Assembly (NCBI GenBank): GCA_963719515.1
Contig: CAVRCJ010000010.1
Span: 640,001-704,000, forward strand
Direction of reading: 5' to 3'
Source of the DNA: an uncultured cyanobacterium
Lineage (GTDB): Bacteria; Cyanobacteriota; Cyanobacteriia; CAKZMO01
Length of the DNA stretch: 64,000 bases
In this document: piece by piece, positions 10,159 through 19,736 of the stretch
Layout: each line of letters starts with the position of its first letter
Numbering within the stretch: position 1 is the first letter of the stretch
Notes under the pieces: generated by a model
Seen by the model: only the letters and a program-made list of their open reading frames with translations
Databases searched by the model: none
Told to the model about the DNA's origin: nothing
Position numbers and translations under genes: made by a program

Positions 10159-10275
10159 CGCCCCGGCGCGTCTTTTGAGAACAGCATAGAGGTGAGCTGC
10201 AGGGGGATCAATTGAGTCATGACGGGGCGTTAACGCCAGTCCTACTGTAGAATCGACACTTTGCGGGTTTATGCC

Positions 10276-10869
10276 ATGGCGCTAGTTAAGCTCAAAGACA
10301 CCTACCGCGACAATCTCGAATTTGATGACGACGACGACTATTTCGATGACTATAGCCTGTACACCGAGGGCAACGATAAAGTTGGCTCTGTTAAAGAGGC
10401 TCTGTTTGAGGATACGACCCGCAGCTTGCGCTACTTAATCGTGGATACAGGCTTCTGGTTTTTTGGGAAGACCGTTTTGCTGCCTATCGGGTTAGCCCAC
10501 TTTGATAATGAGAAAAAGCGCGTCATTGTCGATGGCTTAACGAAAAAGCAGGTTGAAAGCCTGCCCGAATACGATGGCGATGTTCTTCTCGACCGGGACT
10601 ACGAAGACCGCGTGCGGGCGGGATACCGCATCCTAGGCGACAAGCGCAAGCTGCAGTTTATGGGGCAAGCGTACGACGCGAGTGAGTTTGGGGCTTATCC
10701 AGGCTGCGCGGGGCTCCACGGCGTACAGTCCACCGTCACCCCATCCCCATCGGGGCTAGATCCCTATTACGACAATGAGGCTGGGCTGTATGGGATGGAC
10801 AAGACATCCCATGAGGCTATTCGCGCATACCAAGATCGTCTCACGGCTGACGGCCTAGCGGCCCAGTAA
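10276..10869 (+). CDS. PRC-barrel domain protein
   Basis: KVGSVKEALFE...RYLIVDTGFWFFGKTVLLPIG. Confidence 0.85.
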   Translation: MALVKLKDTYRDNLEFDDDDDYFDDYSLYTEGNDKVGSVKEALFEDTTRSLRYLIVDTGFWFFGKTVLLPIGLAHFDNEKKRVIVDGLTKKQVESLPEYDGDVLLDRDYEDRVRAGYRILGDKRKLQFMGQAYDASEFGAYPGCAGLHGVQSTVTPSPSGLDPYYDNEAGLYGMDKTSHEAIRAYQDRLTADGLAAQ

Positions 10870-10875
10870 CCCAAA

Positions 10876-10903
10876 ACGCCGATCGAGTCAGCCTCGATCG
10901 GCG
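10876..10903. terminator. Hairpin between convergent genes
   Basis: CGCCGATCGAG-TCAGC-CTCGATCGGCG inverted repeat just after the PRC-barrel stop. Confidence 0.55.
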
Positions 10904-10932
10904 CGTATAGGGTAAAGGCTAGGCTCTCGACA

Positions 10933-10996
10933 GATCTCGGTGATATTGGATCTCGGCGATGCTGGATCTCAGAGATACTAGATCTCGGCGATCGCC
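10933..10996. repeat. 16-bp tandem repeat GATCTCGGCGATNNNN, 4 copies
   Basis: Read directly; overlaps the 3' end of the 10978-11862 gene. Confidence 0.85.
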
Positions 10997-11862
10997 CGCT
11001 CCACGAGGCGGCGGGTCAGGGTTTGGATGCCGGTGTGCCGGTAGTACTTGACGTTCATGTCCAGCAGGGCACCGACATAATCCACCTTATCGTCTGAGAA
11101 TTCGACCACTTCCTTAAGCCGGTCCAGGAGACCCTTTTGGGTCACGTTTTTCTTGGCAACAAAGCCCTTCATCCAGCCCTCGGTGGAGCCGACGCTTTGC
11201 TTAACAAAGTCCAGCTGCTCTGCGCTACTGCGGCCCGGGATGAGGTCTTTGACGCCTTTAAATGTGGGATTGCTCTCTAGATCAGACGGCGAGACTCCCC
11301 TAAGGGTAGACAGAGCTTTGTCGGCGAAGGTCGGGCCTAGGGGAATGAGGCCGTCGAAGCTGACCAGCGCCGCCATTCGCATCAGCGACTCGCCGCTGTA
11401 GTCCTTGAGGGAGGAGGCAAATTCACCAATGCTATCGCCGGGGATGCCGTTGATTTGGCAAAAGGCCACCAGTTCTGTCACCAGCTTGACACAGAGGTCA
11501 AGGCTCTGGGCTTTTTCGGGCTTGGGCGTAAACCGCTTCAAAAAGCCGAGGAATGTATCTTGACCCACTTTGTTGGCCAGGGCTGCCGTTCCTAAGACCC
11601 CCGAGGCTGAATCTACGGTTTCGTAAAGCCATAGGGCCCGCTGATACCCCTGGGACTTGTCGTTGAACAGCGCAACGGCCCGTTCTCCAATCTGCTTCAC
11701 AAGAGCTGGGTCTGTTTCACCCGTCACGGTGCGGATAGTGTTGTCAAAGCCAACGACATTTTCCCACTGGCCGGGCACCAAAAAATCCAGCGTCCGTAGC
11801 GCTGTTACCGTCAGCCCTCCTTTAGGCAGATCATCCACCAATTCATAGATTGGTTTGCTCAT
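10978..11862 (-). CDS. Conserved hypothetical protein
   Basis: 294 aa with AAGGAG RBS; follows the lipoprotein gene on the same strand. Confidence 0.85.
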   Translation of the reverse strand: MSKPIYELVDDLPKGGLTVTALRTLDFLVPGQWENVVGFDNTIRTVTGETDPALVKQIGERAVALFNDKSQGYQRALWLYETVDSASGVLGTAALANKVGQDTFLGFLKRFTPKPEKAQSLDLCVKLVTELVAFCQINGIPGDSIGEFASSLKDYSGESLMRMAALVSFDGLIPLGPTFADKALSTLRGVSPSDLESNPTFKGVKDLIPGRSSAEQLDFVKQSVGSTEGWMKGFVAKKNVTQKGLLDRLKEVVEFSDDKVDYVGALLDMNVKYYRHTGIQTLTRRLVERAIAEI

Positions 11863-11916
11863 GGCATACTCCTTATATTGCTTAAATCAACGTCTTTCTG
11901 GTCACTAGCCAGGCTG

Positions 11917-12537
11917 CTAAGTTGCTGGCTGAAGCGTAGGGGCGGTCCGCACTCGCATCGTGGGAAGCTTCTTCGAAGACGCTGGTGAAGACTTTGAGGG
12001 CACAGTAGCCGAGCTCTGGCGAGACTCAAGCTGGGCTAATCCGTTGAGGTCGAACCTTTGCAGCCAGGAGATGCGATCGTCGCGGGTGAAGGAGGGATCG
12101 CGGGAGAGCACCTTAACCTGGTAGCGGTTGTTGACGAGCAATCCTGTCCCGGTTGTACCTTGGTCAACGGCGGGATATTGGCCAACTTTGAGGTCGCTTG
12201 ACTGATACTTATTGGCTGCTGCAGGGTTGCTGATGGTGTCGTTAATGGACAGCATGGCGACGGTTGAGCCGTCTTTGCTAACTTTGTACTCGGCGAATCC
12301 ACGCTTTTCCTGAGTGGGGGTGACGTTGTAGCCCGAAACCTTTCTTGGGAAAAACTGGTTGAAGGAAGATCCGTTTTCAGCGGACTTGTCGACGGCGACT
12401 TCAGCCCCTCGTCCGGTCGTTTCCTCTTGTACTTGGTCGTAGGGGGACGGTGAGTCGGATCCGCAGGCCGTCGCAAAGAGCACAACGCTCAGGCAAATCG
12501 GCAGCAGAACACGACGCCAGCGATCACTTATCTTCAT
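11917..12537 (-). CDS. Hypothetical lipoprotein
   Basis: Signal peptide with lipobox FATA-C; AAGGAG RBS. Confidence 0.8.
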   Translation of the reverse strand: MKISDRWRRVLLPICLSVVLFATACGSDSPSPYDQVQEETTGRGAEVAVDKSAENGSSFNQFFPRKVSGYNVTPTQEKRGFAEYKVSKDGSTVAMLSINDTISNPAAANKYQSSDLKVGQYPAVDQGTTGTGLLVNNRYQVKVLSRDPSFTRDDRISWLQRFDLNGLAQLESRQSSATVPSKSSPASSKKLPTMRVRTAPTLQPAT

Positions 12538-12731
12538 GGTCAAAATTCTCTCCTTAGCAGAGGGTGGGTGGCGCGCCAACGCTAACGCGTAGCATTTCCG
12601 ATCTTATTTATCTAGGTCTCCACAGAGAACGTCCTTAAGGAAGAACCGAAAGAACTGCTATAGAATTGGATGCGGCCTTTATTACTTGAGGTCGGCTTTT
12701 GAATTAAACCCTAGATTCGATGTGAGGTGTC

Positions 12732-13364
12732 ATGCCGTCTCGTTATCATAGTTACGGTGTCCAGGGTTACGGCGTCATCGGGGGCTTGGTGGCGATCGCT
12801 GTTGTGCTCACCTCGCTGCTGATACCGGTGACAGGTCAGGCCAGCGTCCTCAGCCAGCTAACCGCTCAGGAACAATCGGTGCTCGAAGAGGGGCAAGTGG
12901 CCGTATCAGGCAGCAACGGAGAGTTTACCGGGCGTGTACTAGTGGACGCGCCCGGGACGACGGTGTGGCAGGTGCTGACGGACTACGATAACTTCGCTCA
13001 GTTTTTGCCCAATATCGAAGCCAGCCGCCTCTTGGAATCAGTGGACAACCGCCGCGTGTTTGAGCAGGTAAACGTGGTGCGCATCTTCCCCTTCACGCGC
13101 CGCAGCCGCGTCGTCATCGCCTCTACCCTCAGCTACCCTCAGCACATCGACTTCAGCTTGGTAGAAGGTGACCTGAATACGCTACAGGGCAGTTGGCAGC
13201 TTGAGTCTGTGGCCTCTTCTGCCGGGAACCAAGTGCTGATCACCCATCAGGTGGCGGTCGCCCCAAAAGGCAACGGCCCGACTCGGGGGCTGTTCTTTAA
13301 TACTTACCGCAGCGTACTGGAGGATACCCTAGCCGCCCTTAAGCAGGAAAGCGAGCGCCGCTAG
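12732..13364 (+). CDS. SRPBCC/polyketide cyclase (START-fold) protein with N-terminal hydrophobic segment
   Basis: VWQVLTDYDNFAQFLPN, EGDLNTLQGSWQL. Confidence 0.85.
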   Translation: MPSRYHSYGVQGYGVIGGLVAIAVVLTSLLIPVTGQASVLSQLTAQEQSVLEEGQVAVSGSNGEFTGRVLVDAPGTTVWQVLTDYDNFAQFLPNIEASRLLESVDNRRVFEQVNVVRIFPFTRRSRVVIASTLSYPQHIDFSLVEGDLNTLQGSWQLESVASSAGNQVLITHQVAVAPKGNGPTRGLFFNTYRSVLEDTLAALKQESERR

Positions 13365-13368
13365 ACGG

Positions 13369-14421
13369 CTAAGCGGAAGCTTCTAGGGCCTGAGTAAACA
13401 GGGCCACTAGCTCCTCTAAAGACACCACTTTTCTCGGCGGGTCCGGCTCCCCACAGCACAGGTCCGCCGTGCGATAGCCCTCGGTTAGGAAAGCCTCTCG
13501 AAGGGCGGTCAGCCGTTGGGCCGCGCGCCCTTCTCCCCACTGCTCCAGCATGAGGGCGATGCTCGACAGGGTGCCCAGGGGATGGGCGACAGTGTGGTCC
13601 GAATCACGACCGGCGCTGTAGACCGCTTCGTACAGGCCAAAGCGATCGGAGTTGAGGCTGGCAGAACCTAAAAGCCCAGTAGCTCCTGCGATCGCCCCGG
13701 TCAAGTTGCTCAAAATATTGCCGAACAAATTACAGGTCAACACCACATCAAAATCTTGGGGACGGACCGCAAGCTGCACGGCCAGCTGGTCCACTGGAAT
13801 AGTCTCTACGGTCACCGCCGGGAAGGCCAACGCTTCTATCTGAATTAGCCGCGTCCAGGGAAGATAGGGCAAAACGCCGCCTTTGTAGGCGACGGCGAGG
13901 CGCTGGCGGCGCGACTGAGCGAACTCGAGGGCTATCCTTGCCGTGCGGCGAATATTGACGTCATCGTAGCGGATGGTTTGCAGACCGTAGGTTCCTTTAT
14001 TGTCGACGCCTCGATCTGGGGCGTCGGCGGGTACCCCGCTCGTCAGCTCGCGCACAAACAGTAGCTCAACGCCCTGCATCTGGTCGAGTTTTATAGGTGC
14101 AGCGGGAAGTAAGCTGGGGGAAGGCTGCACCGAGCGCAGATTGACAAAAAGATCGAAATACTGACGCAGCTCCTGTAGACCCTCTCGGGCGATCGCGCCA
14201 AACAAGACACCATTGGACTGCTCACACAGCTGTAGGGTGGGGGCAGGAAGTACTGCTTGAGAATCTTGACGGGCTGATTCCTCAACAGTGCCGTAGTCGA
14301 CGTCGACGCTAAAGGCTTCGGCGGCGGCAAGCGCCTTTAGAATCATCAAGCTGGCCTGGGTCATCTCAAACTCGACGCCTTCGCCAGCAAGCGCTACAAC
14401 GCGGTAGGATCGCTCGCTCAT
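13369..14421 (-). CDS. Isocitrate/isopropylmalate dehydrogenase family protein, divergent
   Basis: LRQYFDLFVNLR, VRELT, FDVVLTCNLFGNILS and GSASL motifs, but several catalytic residues are changed. Confidence 0.85.
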   Translation of the reverse strand: MSERSYRVVALAGEGVEFEMTQASLMILKALAAAEAFSVDVDYGTVEESARQDSQAVLPAPTLQLCEQSNGVLFGAIAREGLQELRQYFDLFVNLRSVQPSPSLLPAAPIKLDQMQGVELLFVRELTSGVPADAPDRGVDNKGTYGLQTIRYDDVNIRRTARIALEFAQSRRQRLAVAYKGGVLPYLPWTRLIQIEALAFPAVTVETIPVDQLAVQLAVRPQDFDVVLTCNLFGNILSNLTGAIAGATGLLGSASLNSDRFGLYEAVYSAGRDSDHTVAHPLGTLSSIALMLEQWGEGRAAQRLTALREAFLTEGYRTADLCCGEPDPPRKVVSLEELVALFTQALEASA

Positions 14422-14862
14422 GAGCCGTCCCCAAAGCTTACCAGCGGGAGCAGCGTCAGCGCCTCCGGTAAGTTTTGTGCTTCAGAGCGCTGCTCTCGGG
14501 GGAGGTGCGATCGAACCGCGCTAGGATTCACGGCAAGATAAACCATTGCGATAGAAAAATATCTTTCTGAAATAGAATATACCAAAGTCGTTCCTTTAGA
14601 TAGATGATTTATAGAAGCTTGTACGTGTGAACATGCGATCTTTATCCCTGGGCTAACTTTTATTTCCCAGACGGCAGGCACGGCAGGAAGGGGGATAAGT
14701 CCCGTAGTGTTGCATCAGTCTTGCTAATGCCTAGAGCTTATAGGTGTCTTCAGGCAGAACTCGGAGCTTTTCGCAAAAAGACAATTTTGCCCCTGCGAAG
14801 ATGATGAGACTACTTAGGGGCAGTGCGAAAAAATATTACGAATTGGGTAGCTTGGCGAAAAT

Positions 14863-14876
14863 GTATCGTGCTTTAC
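14863..14876. promoter_or_regulatory. Possible NtcA box
   Basis: GTA-TCGTGCTT-TAC (GTA-N8-TAC) about 115 nt upstream of the PG-binding gene; no well-spaced -10 seen. Confidence 0.3.
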
Positions 14877-14989
14877 TGAAAATATAGAGGAGCGGTGTCC
14901 TGTATCTCGCCGGCTGTAGTACCGCGTTCAAGATTAGCGCTAGGCCGAGGGTCCACCCGTCTACCCGCCTCATTCTTTCGGAGCAAACC

Positions 14990-15349
14990 ATGACCCCTCA
15001 ATACAGACCGTTGACTACAGCCCTAGAGCCCATAGATATGGCTGTCGGAGACACAGGCAGCGCTGTATCTTATCTACAGTCTGCGCTTCAGCAATTGGCC
15101 TACTACGAGGATGACGTTGATGGCCAGTACGGGGAAAAGACCGCTGATGCCGTGGCTCAGGTTCAGCGCTACTACGGCTTTAAGGTAACCGGCAGCTATG
15201 GTGCAGACACCTGGTACGCCTTGAGCTTTTGGGCTCCTGAACAACGGGGCTGGACTGCTCCTGGGGCCGTCACTTTTCCCGACTGGATGAAGGGGGTGAG
15301 ACGAGTTTTTCAGCTAATCGCCTCAGATCGGAAGAAGGCGGCGAGCTAG
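14990..15349 (+). CDS. Peptidoglycan-binding domain protein (PG_binding_1)
   Basis: GDTGSAVSYLQSALQQL..VDGQYGEKTADAVAQVQRYYGFKVTG. Confidence 0.85.
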   Translation: MTPQYRPLTTALEPIDMAVGDTGSAVSYLQSALQQLAYYEDDVDGQYGEKTADAVAQVQRYYGFKVTGSYGADTWYALSFWAPEQRGWTAPGAVTFPDWMKGVRRVFQLIASDRKKAAS

Positions 15350-15518
15350 ACGCTACACGAGGCGCTGGTGCAGCGATCGATAGGACCTGTGAAAGCAGTG
15401 TTGCTCTAGGCCTCGGTGTTGTGACTCTAGACTTGACGTCCGGGGTTCTGACAGTATGGACGGCAAAGATCTTAAGGTAAACCGTAGGGCTTTGAGGCTC
15501 AAAAGAAAGCGCACCATT

Positions 15519-16809
15519 TTGACATCCTCCCCGCCCTGAAGAGCGGGGATTCCCGGTCTGCCCACTAGGTGGACTCCCGACGGGTGGACGCCTCAGCGCG
15601 GATTGCCCCTGACGAGGTCTTATGCCCGCTCCGCGTCCGTTTAGAGTCTCGGGCTAGCTCCAGCCCAGACGTTTCAATATTGCGGCTAGCATTGCCGTCC
15701 CGGTCTTGGGTTTTGCCACAGCCAAGGCAGACCAGCTGGCGCACCGACAGGTCCAGCTTGCCCCAGCGGTAGCCGCAGTCGGCACACTTCTGGCTAGTCG
15801 GCTCCCACCGGCTGATGACCGATACCTCGCGTTCCAGTATCATCGCGGCCTTGGCCTCACACATGGTTCGCAGTTCACGCCAGCCCTGTTGAGCTATAGC
15901 GCGGGCCAGCTTGCGGTTGCGGACCATGCCGGACACGTTCAGGTCTTCAATAGCCACAACGCTATGGTTGCGAATTAGCCAGGTCGAGAGCTTATGCAGA
16001 AAATCCTTGCGGATGTCCCGCTGCTTGGCCTTCAGCTTAGCGATGCGCAGCCGGGTGCGCTCACGGCGCTTCGACCCCTTGAAGCGCCTATTCAGCTTGC
16101 GCTGCTCACGGCGTATCTTGCGGCCAATGCGGTCGTAACCAGGAGACTCAACGCGCTGGCCGCTACTGAGCACCGCGAACGTCTTGATACCCAAATCCAC
16201 ACCCACGCTTTGGTTCTCAGCGCGAATGTGGACTGGCTGCACTTCGACAACGAAGCTCAGAAGATAGCGGCCTGCTCTGTCCTTGATGACGGTGACGGAT
16301 GACGGCTCAGACGGCAGCGGCCTCGACCAGCGCACCTTGAGGTTGCCAATTTTGGCTAGATAGACCTTGTCGCCCTTGAGCGAGAAGCCGCCCTTGCGGA
16401 ATCGCGCCGACTGGCGGTTGTCTTTGCGCTTGAACCGGGGCGGCTTCACCTTTGGTCCTTTGCGCTTGCCTTTGAGCGAATCAAAGAAGTTTTTGAACGC
16501 TACGCCCAAATCGGCGATGGACTGCTGCAGCGGGATATTTGATACCTCGCTCAGCCACTGGCGCTCAACCGTTTTCTTGGCCTGCGTGATGCAAGCCTTC
16601 TGAAGGTCGCCATTCTTAGGCAGCGAATCCGACTCCTTGCACAGTGCTAAGGCGTCGTTCCACACGACACGGCAGCAGCCAAACAGCTTGGCTAAGCTGA
16701 TCTGCTGTCCGGACGTAGGATAGACGCGGTACTGGTAGCGGCACTTCATAAATACAATTGTCCTACAAAAGCCGCCCTAAAGGGCGGGGCTTGAGACCCA
16801 GTTTTTTTG
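15519..16809 (-). mobile_element. IS200/IS605 family tnpB-only (IS1341-like) element
   Basis: Left end TGAC|CAAAAAAACTGGGTCT-CAAG-hairpin; right end GAAT-CCCCGCTCTTCAGGGCGGGG-AGGATG-TCAA; no tnpA. Confidence 0.9.
15565..16749 (-). CDS. tnpB: TnpB RNA-guided endonuclease, intact
   Basis: RuvC D (GVDLG), E (IEDLNV), D (DRDGNA); zinc finger CADC/CLGC. Confidence 0.95.
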   Translation of the reverse strand: MKCRYQYRVYPTSGQQISLAKLFGCCRVVWNDALALCKESDSLPKNGDLQKACITQAKKTVERQWLSEVSNIPLQQSIADLGVAFKNFFDSLKGKRKGPKVKPPRFKRKDNRQSARFRKGGFSLKGDKVYLAKIGNLKVRWSRPLPSEPSSVTVIKDRAGRYLLSFVVEVQPVHIRAENQSVGVDLGIKTFAVLSSGQRVESPGYDRIGRKIRREQRKLNRRFKGSKRRERTRLRIAKLKAKQRDIRKDFLHKLSTWLIRNHSVVAIEDLNVSGMVRNRKLARAIAQQGWRELRTMCEAKAAMILEREVSVISRWEPTSQKCADCGYRWGKLDLSVRQLVCLGCGKTQDRDGNASRNIETSGLELARDSKRTRSGHKTSSGAIRAEASTRREST

Positions 16810-16926
16810 GTCACTCATTGATAGCGGCAACAGCTACCTGTTCGCCATCAAGAGCAATCAGAAGAAGCTCTACGCACGGTTTGTGGCTATTGCTGACCAC
16901 AGAGCTGAGCAGCAACCCGTAACAGC

Positions 16927-18000
16927 TCAGCTCGACGGAGAAGAGACGCTTTTTTGAAAAAAGCTCTTCACTTTGAAAAGCAGCGCTAAAGTAAGTGTCT
17001 TTACGAAAAAGCTGAAGGTTGTAAAATCAAGATGCCATCTAATCACTTTGAAAGATAGTCTAAAAAGATTTTCATCACGTTTTCCACCTAGGCGAGATCT
17101 GTAAAATGACTTTGCCTTCATAGAGTTTTCGAAGCTAAACACTTTACTGTTGTCGCCGGTACGCTCAAAATACTTTTTGTTTAAGTAGCTATCCGATTCC
17201 CTAAGAAAATAGAGCGTATTTTCTATTGGCCTAGGCTTAGTACTACCATACCAATTGTTGTCTCCGTGAGCTCTGTATTTTGTTAGAGTTTTATCTGTGG
17301 AATAGACGTTTCCTAAGAGCGACGCACCTTTCACCAGGAAATCGTCAGCTGAAATTTTGAGACCCTCTTCAGGAAGGGGAAATATTTTGTCTGCTAACGT
17401 TCTAGTCACCGAAATAGCGCTAGTGGGCAATCCAAGATATGGAATAAATCTATATTTTTTAGAAAATTGAGCGACTTGTTTGGGCGAGCAGACTTTGTTC
17501 AGATCTCCGCTAAAAAAAGTTTTTCCTTCTGAAATTTTACTTAAATATTGCCACCCATATGCGCTCTGTACATTCTTCCCAATCCTGTCGATATTTACGT
17601 CAACCCCTTTTTCATCGATAACTTGAAGTGAATCATAAAGAATTGCCAAGGCGTTTTTCTCCATAGATGAAATTTTCTTAAAGAAATCAATAATATGCTT
17701 GATTTTGTGCTTGCAGAAAATATCATCCGAATCCAGAAACAAAATAATCTCGCCACTAGATTCGCTAAAGCCTGAGTTTAGTGCAGAGGATTGACCACCG
17801 TTTGCCTTAAATACCGGCAAAATTTTATCTGAGAATCCAGAAATAATTTCTCTGGAGTGGTCGGTCGAACCGTCGTCTACTACGATGATTTCAAGATTTT
17901 GGTATTCTTGACATAGCACGCTTTTGATAGCAGCTGATACGTAATTTTCGTAGTTATAATTATTGATAATCACGCTTGCCATTGGATATTGGCTAAACAT
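16927..18000 (-). CDS. Glycosyltransferase family 2
   Basis: SVIINNYNY, VVDDGSTD and FLDSDD motifs; visibly AT-rich. Confidence 0.92.
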   Translation of the reverse strand: MFSQYPMASVIINNYNYENYVSAAIKSVLCQEYQNLEIIVVDDGSTDHSREIISGFSDKILPVFKANGGQSSALNSGFSESSGEIILFLDSDDIFCKHKIKHIIDFFKKISSMEKNALAILYDSLQVIDEKGVDVNIDRIGKNVQSAYGWQYLSKISEGKTFFSGDLNKVCSPKQVAQFSKKYRFIPYLGLPTSAISVTRTLADKIFPLPEEGLKISADDFLVKGASLLGNVYSTDKTLTKYRAHGDNNWYGSTKPRPIENTLYFLRESDSYLNKKYFERTGDNSKVFSFENSMKAKSFYRSRLGGKRDENLFRLSFKVIRWHLDFTTFSFFVKTLTLALLFKVKSFFQKSVSSPSS

Positions 18001-18566
18001 ATCAAACTCCTAACGACCTTAAGCCGCAATATTAAATTGCTAAGATTGCAAAAAGCAAATAGTAAGCGTCCACTAGAGAACAAGATTGGTGGCTCTCGGC
18101 AGCCGAGACGAGCCTGAAAGCGACTCAATGCGGCTCTGAAGCCTGATTGTGAGGTACATAAACCTTCATCCTATCATAATCTCACAAACGCTTAAAAATG
18201 ATTATCTCACATTAATTAGCCTGAAGCAAAAATGTAAGAGAAAAGAACACAAGTCTATGCGTATTCTGCATTTGGAGCGCTGGCAAAGGATAAATCAGAT
18301 CCACGGCAATAACGTTTTGTGGGAGGGCCGAGGAGGCAAACAACGAGTTGCCTCTCGCTGATCAAGCCGCTGATCTGGAGATCTTGACTGAAGACTAACC
18401 AATAAATGTCTTAAAACTTCTGCATGGTCCAGCGAAAGACAGGTTTAGCATTAGGCTGCTTGTGCTGGTCCGAACCCACCCGCGCAGTAAAAACACGTCT
18501 CACGCTAGACAGAAACGCGATCGCCTGTTTGCTAGGGTTAACGGGTGCCAAGTTGAAGGATTTTTC

Positions 18567-19676
18567 ATGACAGAAGCGTTGACCCTGGGCGTTGAAGAAG
18601 AGTATCAGGTTATAGACCCAGAGACCCGTGAGCTGACGGGGCGGGCAGGCCATATCATGTCGCAGACTCAGGCCGCCGCCGAGGATACCAATGTCCAGCG
18701 CGAGGTGTACCAGTCGCAGATCGAAATTGCCACCCCAGTTTGCGAGAGCCTTGCAGAAGCCCGGACTGAACTGCTGCAGGCGAGACACACCATCATCACC
18801 GCCGCCGAGAAAACCGGCAGCGTCATTGCCGCCGCTGGCACTCACCCCTTTTCCGACTGGCGCGACCAGGACGTTACGACCAAAGTCCGCTATCAGCGTT
18901 TGGTTCAAGATTACCGACAGATTATGCGGGATTTGGTGATTTTCGGTTGCCACGTCCACATCGGCATTAGCGATCGCGAAATTGCCGTCCAGGTGCTCAA
19001 CCGGAGCCGCATTTGGCTACCCGTACTGCTTGCACTATGCACCAATTCCCCATTTTGGCTGGGGCGAGACACACGCTACGCCAGCTACCGCACTGAGCTG
19101 TGGAGCCGCTGGCCCTTTGCTGGACTGCCGTTCCCTTTCAAAGACGACCAAGAGTACCGCCAGGTCACAGACTCCCTAGTGGCGATCGGCGCGATTCGGG
19201 ATGCGACCAAGATTTACTGGGATATCCGTCTGTCGGAGCACGTGCCCACTATCGAATTTCGGTTTGCCGATGTCTGCACGACGGTGGACGAGACCATCTT
19301 GATTACCGGACTGGTGAGAGCTCTGGCGCGCACCTGCTATCAGGAGATCATGTCCGGGCAACCCGCCCTCGAAATGCGGCCTGAGCTGCTGCAGGCCGCT
19401 CGCTGGCAAGCTGCCCGCCACGGGATGGAAGACAACCTTATTGACGTCATTGATCAAACGCCTCGGCCAGCCCGTCAGGTGCTGGAGCAATTTCTCGACT
19501 ACGTTGACTCGGCGCTTCAAGACTTGGGAGATAGCGATGAGATAACTGCGCTACTGCGGCAAACCCTCCAGCGGGGGACCGGCGCGCAGCGTCAGCGTGA
19601 AGTGTACGAGCGCACGCAGCAGTTTGAGGCTGTGGTGGACGCTATCGTAAGCCAAACGGCTGAGGGGATCGTCTAG
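18567..19676 (+). CDS. ybdK: Carboxylate-amine ligase (YbdK-type glutamate-cysteine ligase family 2)
   Basis: TLGVEEEY, FGCHVHIG, NSPFW, YWDIR, TIEFR. Confidence 0.9.
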   Translation: MTEALTLGVEEEYQVIDPETRELTGRAGHIMSQTQAAAEDTNVQREVYQSQIEIATPVCESLAEARTELLQARHTIITAAEKTGSVIAAAGTHPFSDWRDQDVTTKVRYQRLVQDYRQIMRDLVIFGCHVHIGISDREIAVQVLNRSRIWLPVLLALCTNSPFWLGRDTRYASYRTELWSRWPFAGLPFPFKDDQEYRQVTDSLVAIGAIRDATKIYWDIRLSEHVPTIEFRFADVCTTVDETILITGLVRALARTCYQEIMSGQPALEMRPELLQAARWQAARHGMEDNLIDVIDQTPRPARQVLEQFLDYVDSALQDLGDSDEITALLRQTLQRGTGAQRQREVYERTQQFEAVVDAIVSQTAEGIV

Positions 19677-19736
19677 CTGCAGGAGATGAGGCTAAGATTG
19701 ATGTAGCTAGTAGTGCAGTTTGCTGCAATAGAGCAT

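Larger units (their letters stand above)
15453..16920 (+). pseudogene. ISAs1-family transposase remnant interrupted by the IS605-type element
   Basis: SMDGKDLK and AQKK lie left of the insertion; LIDSGNSYLFAIKSNQKKLY lies to the right. Confidence 0.5.
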
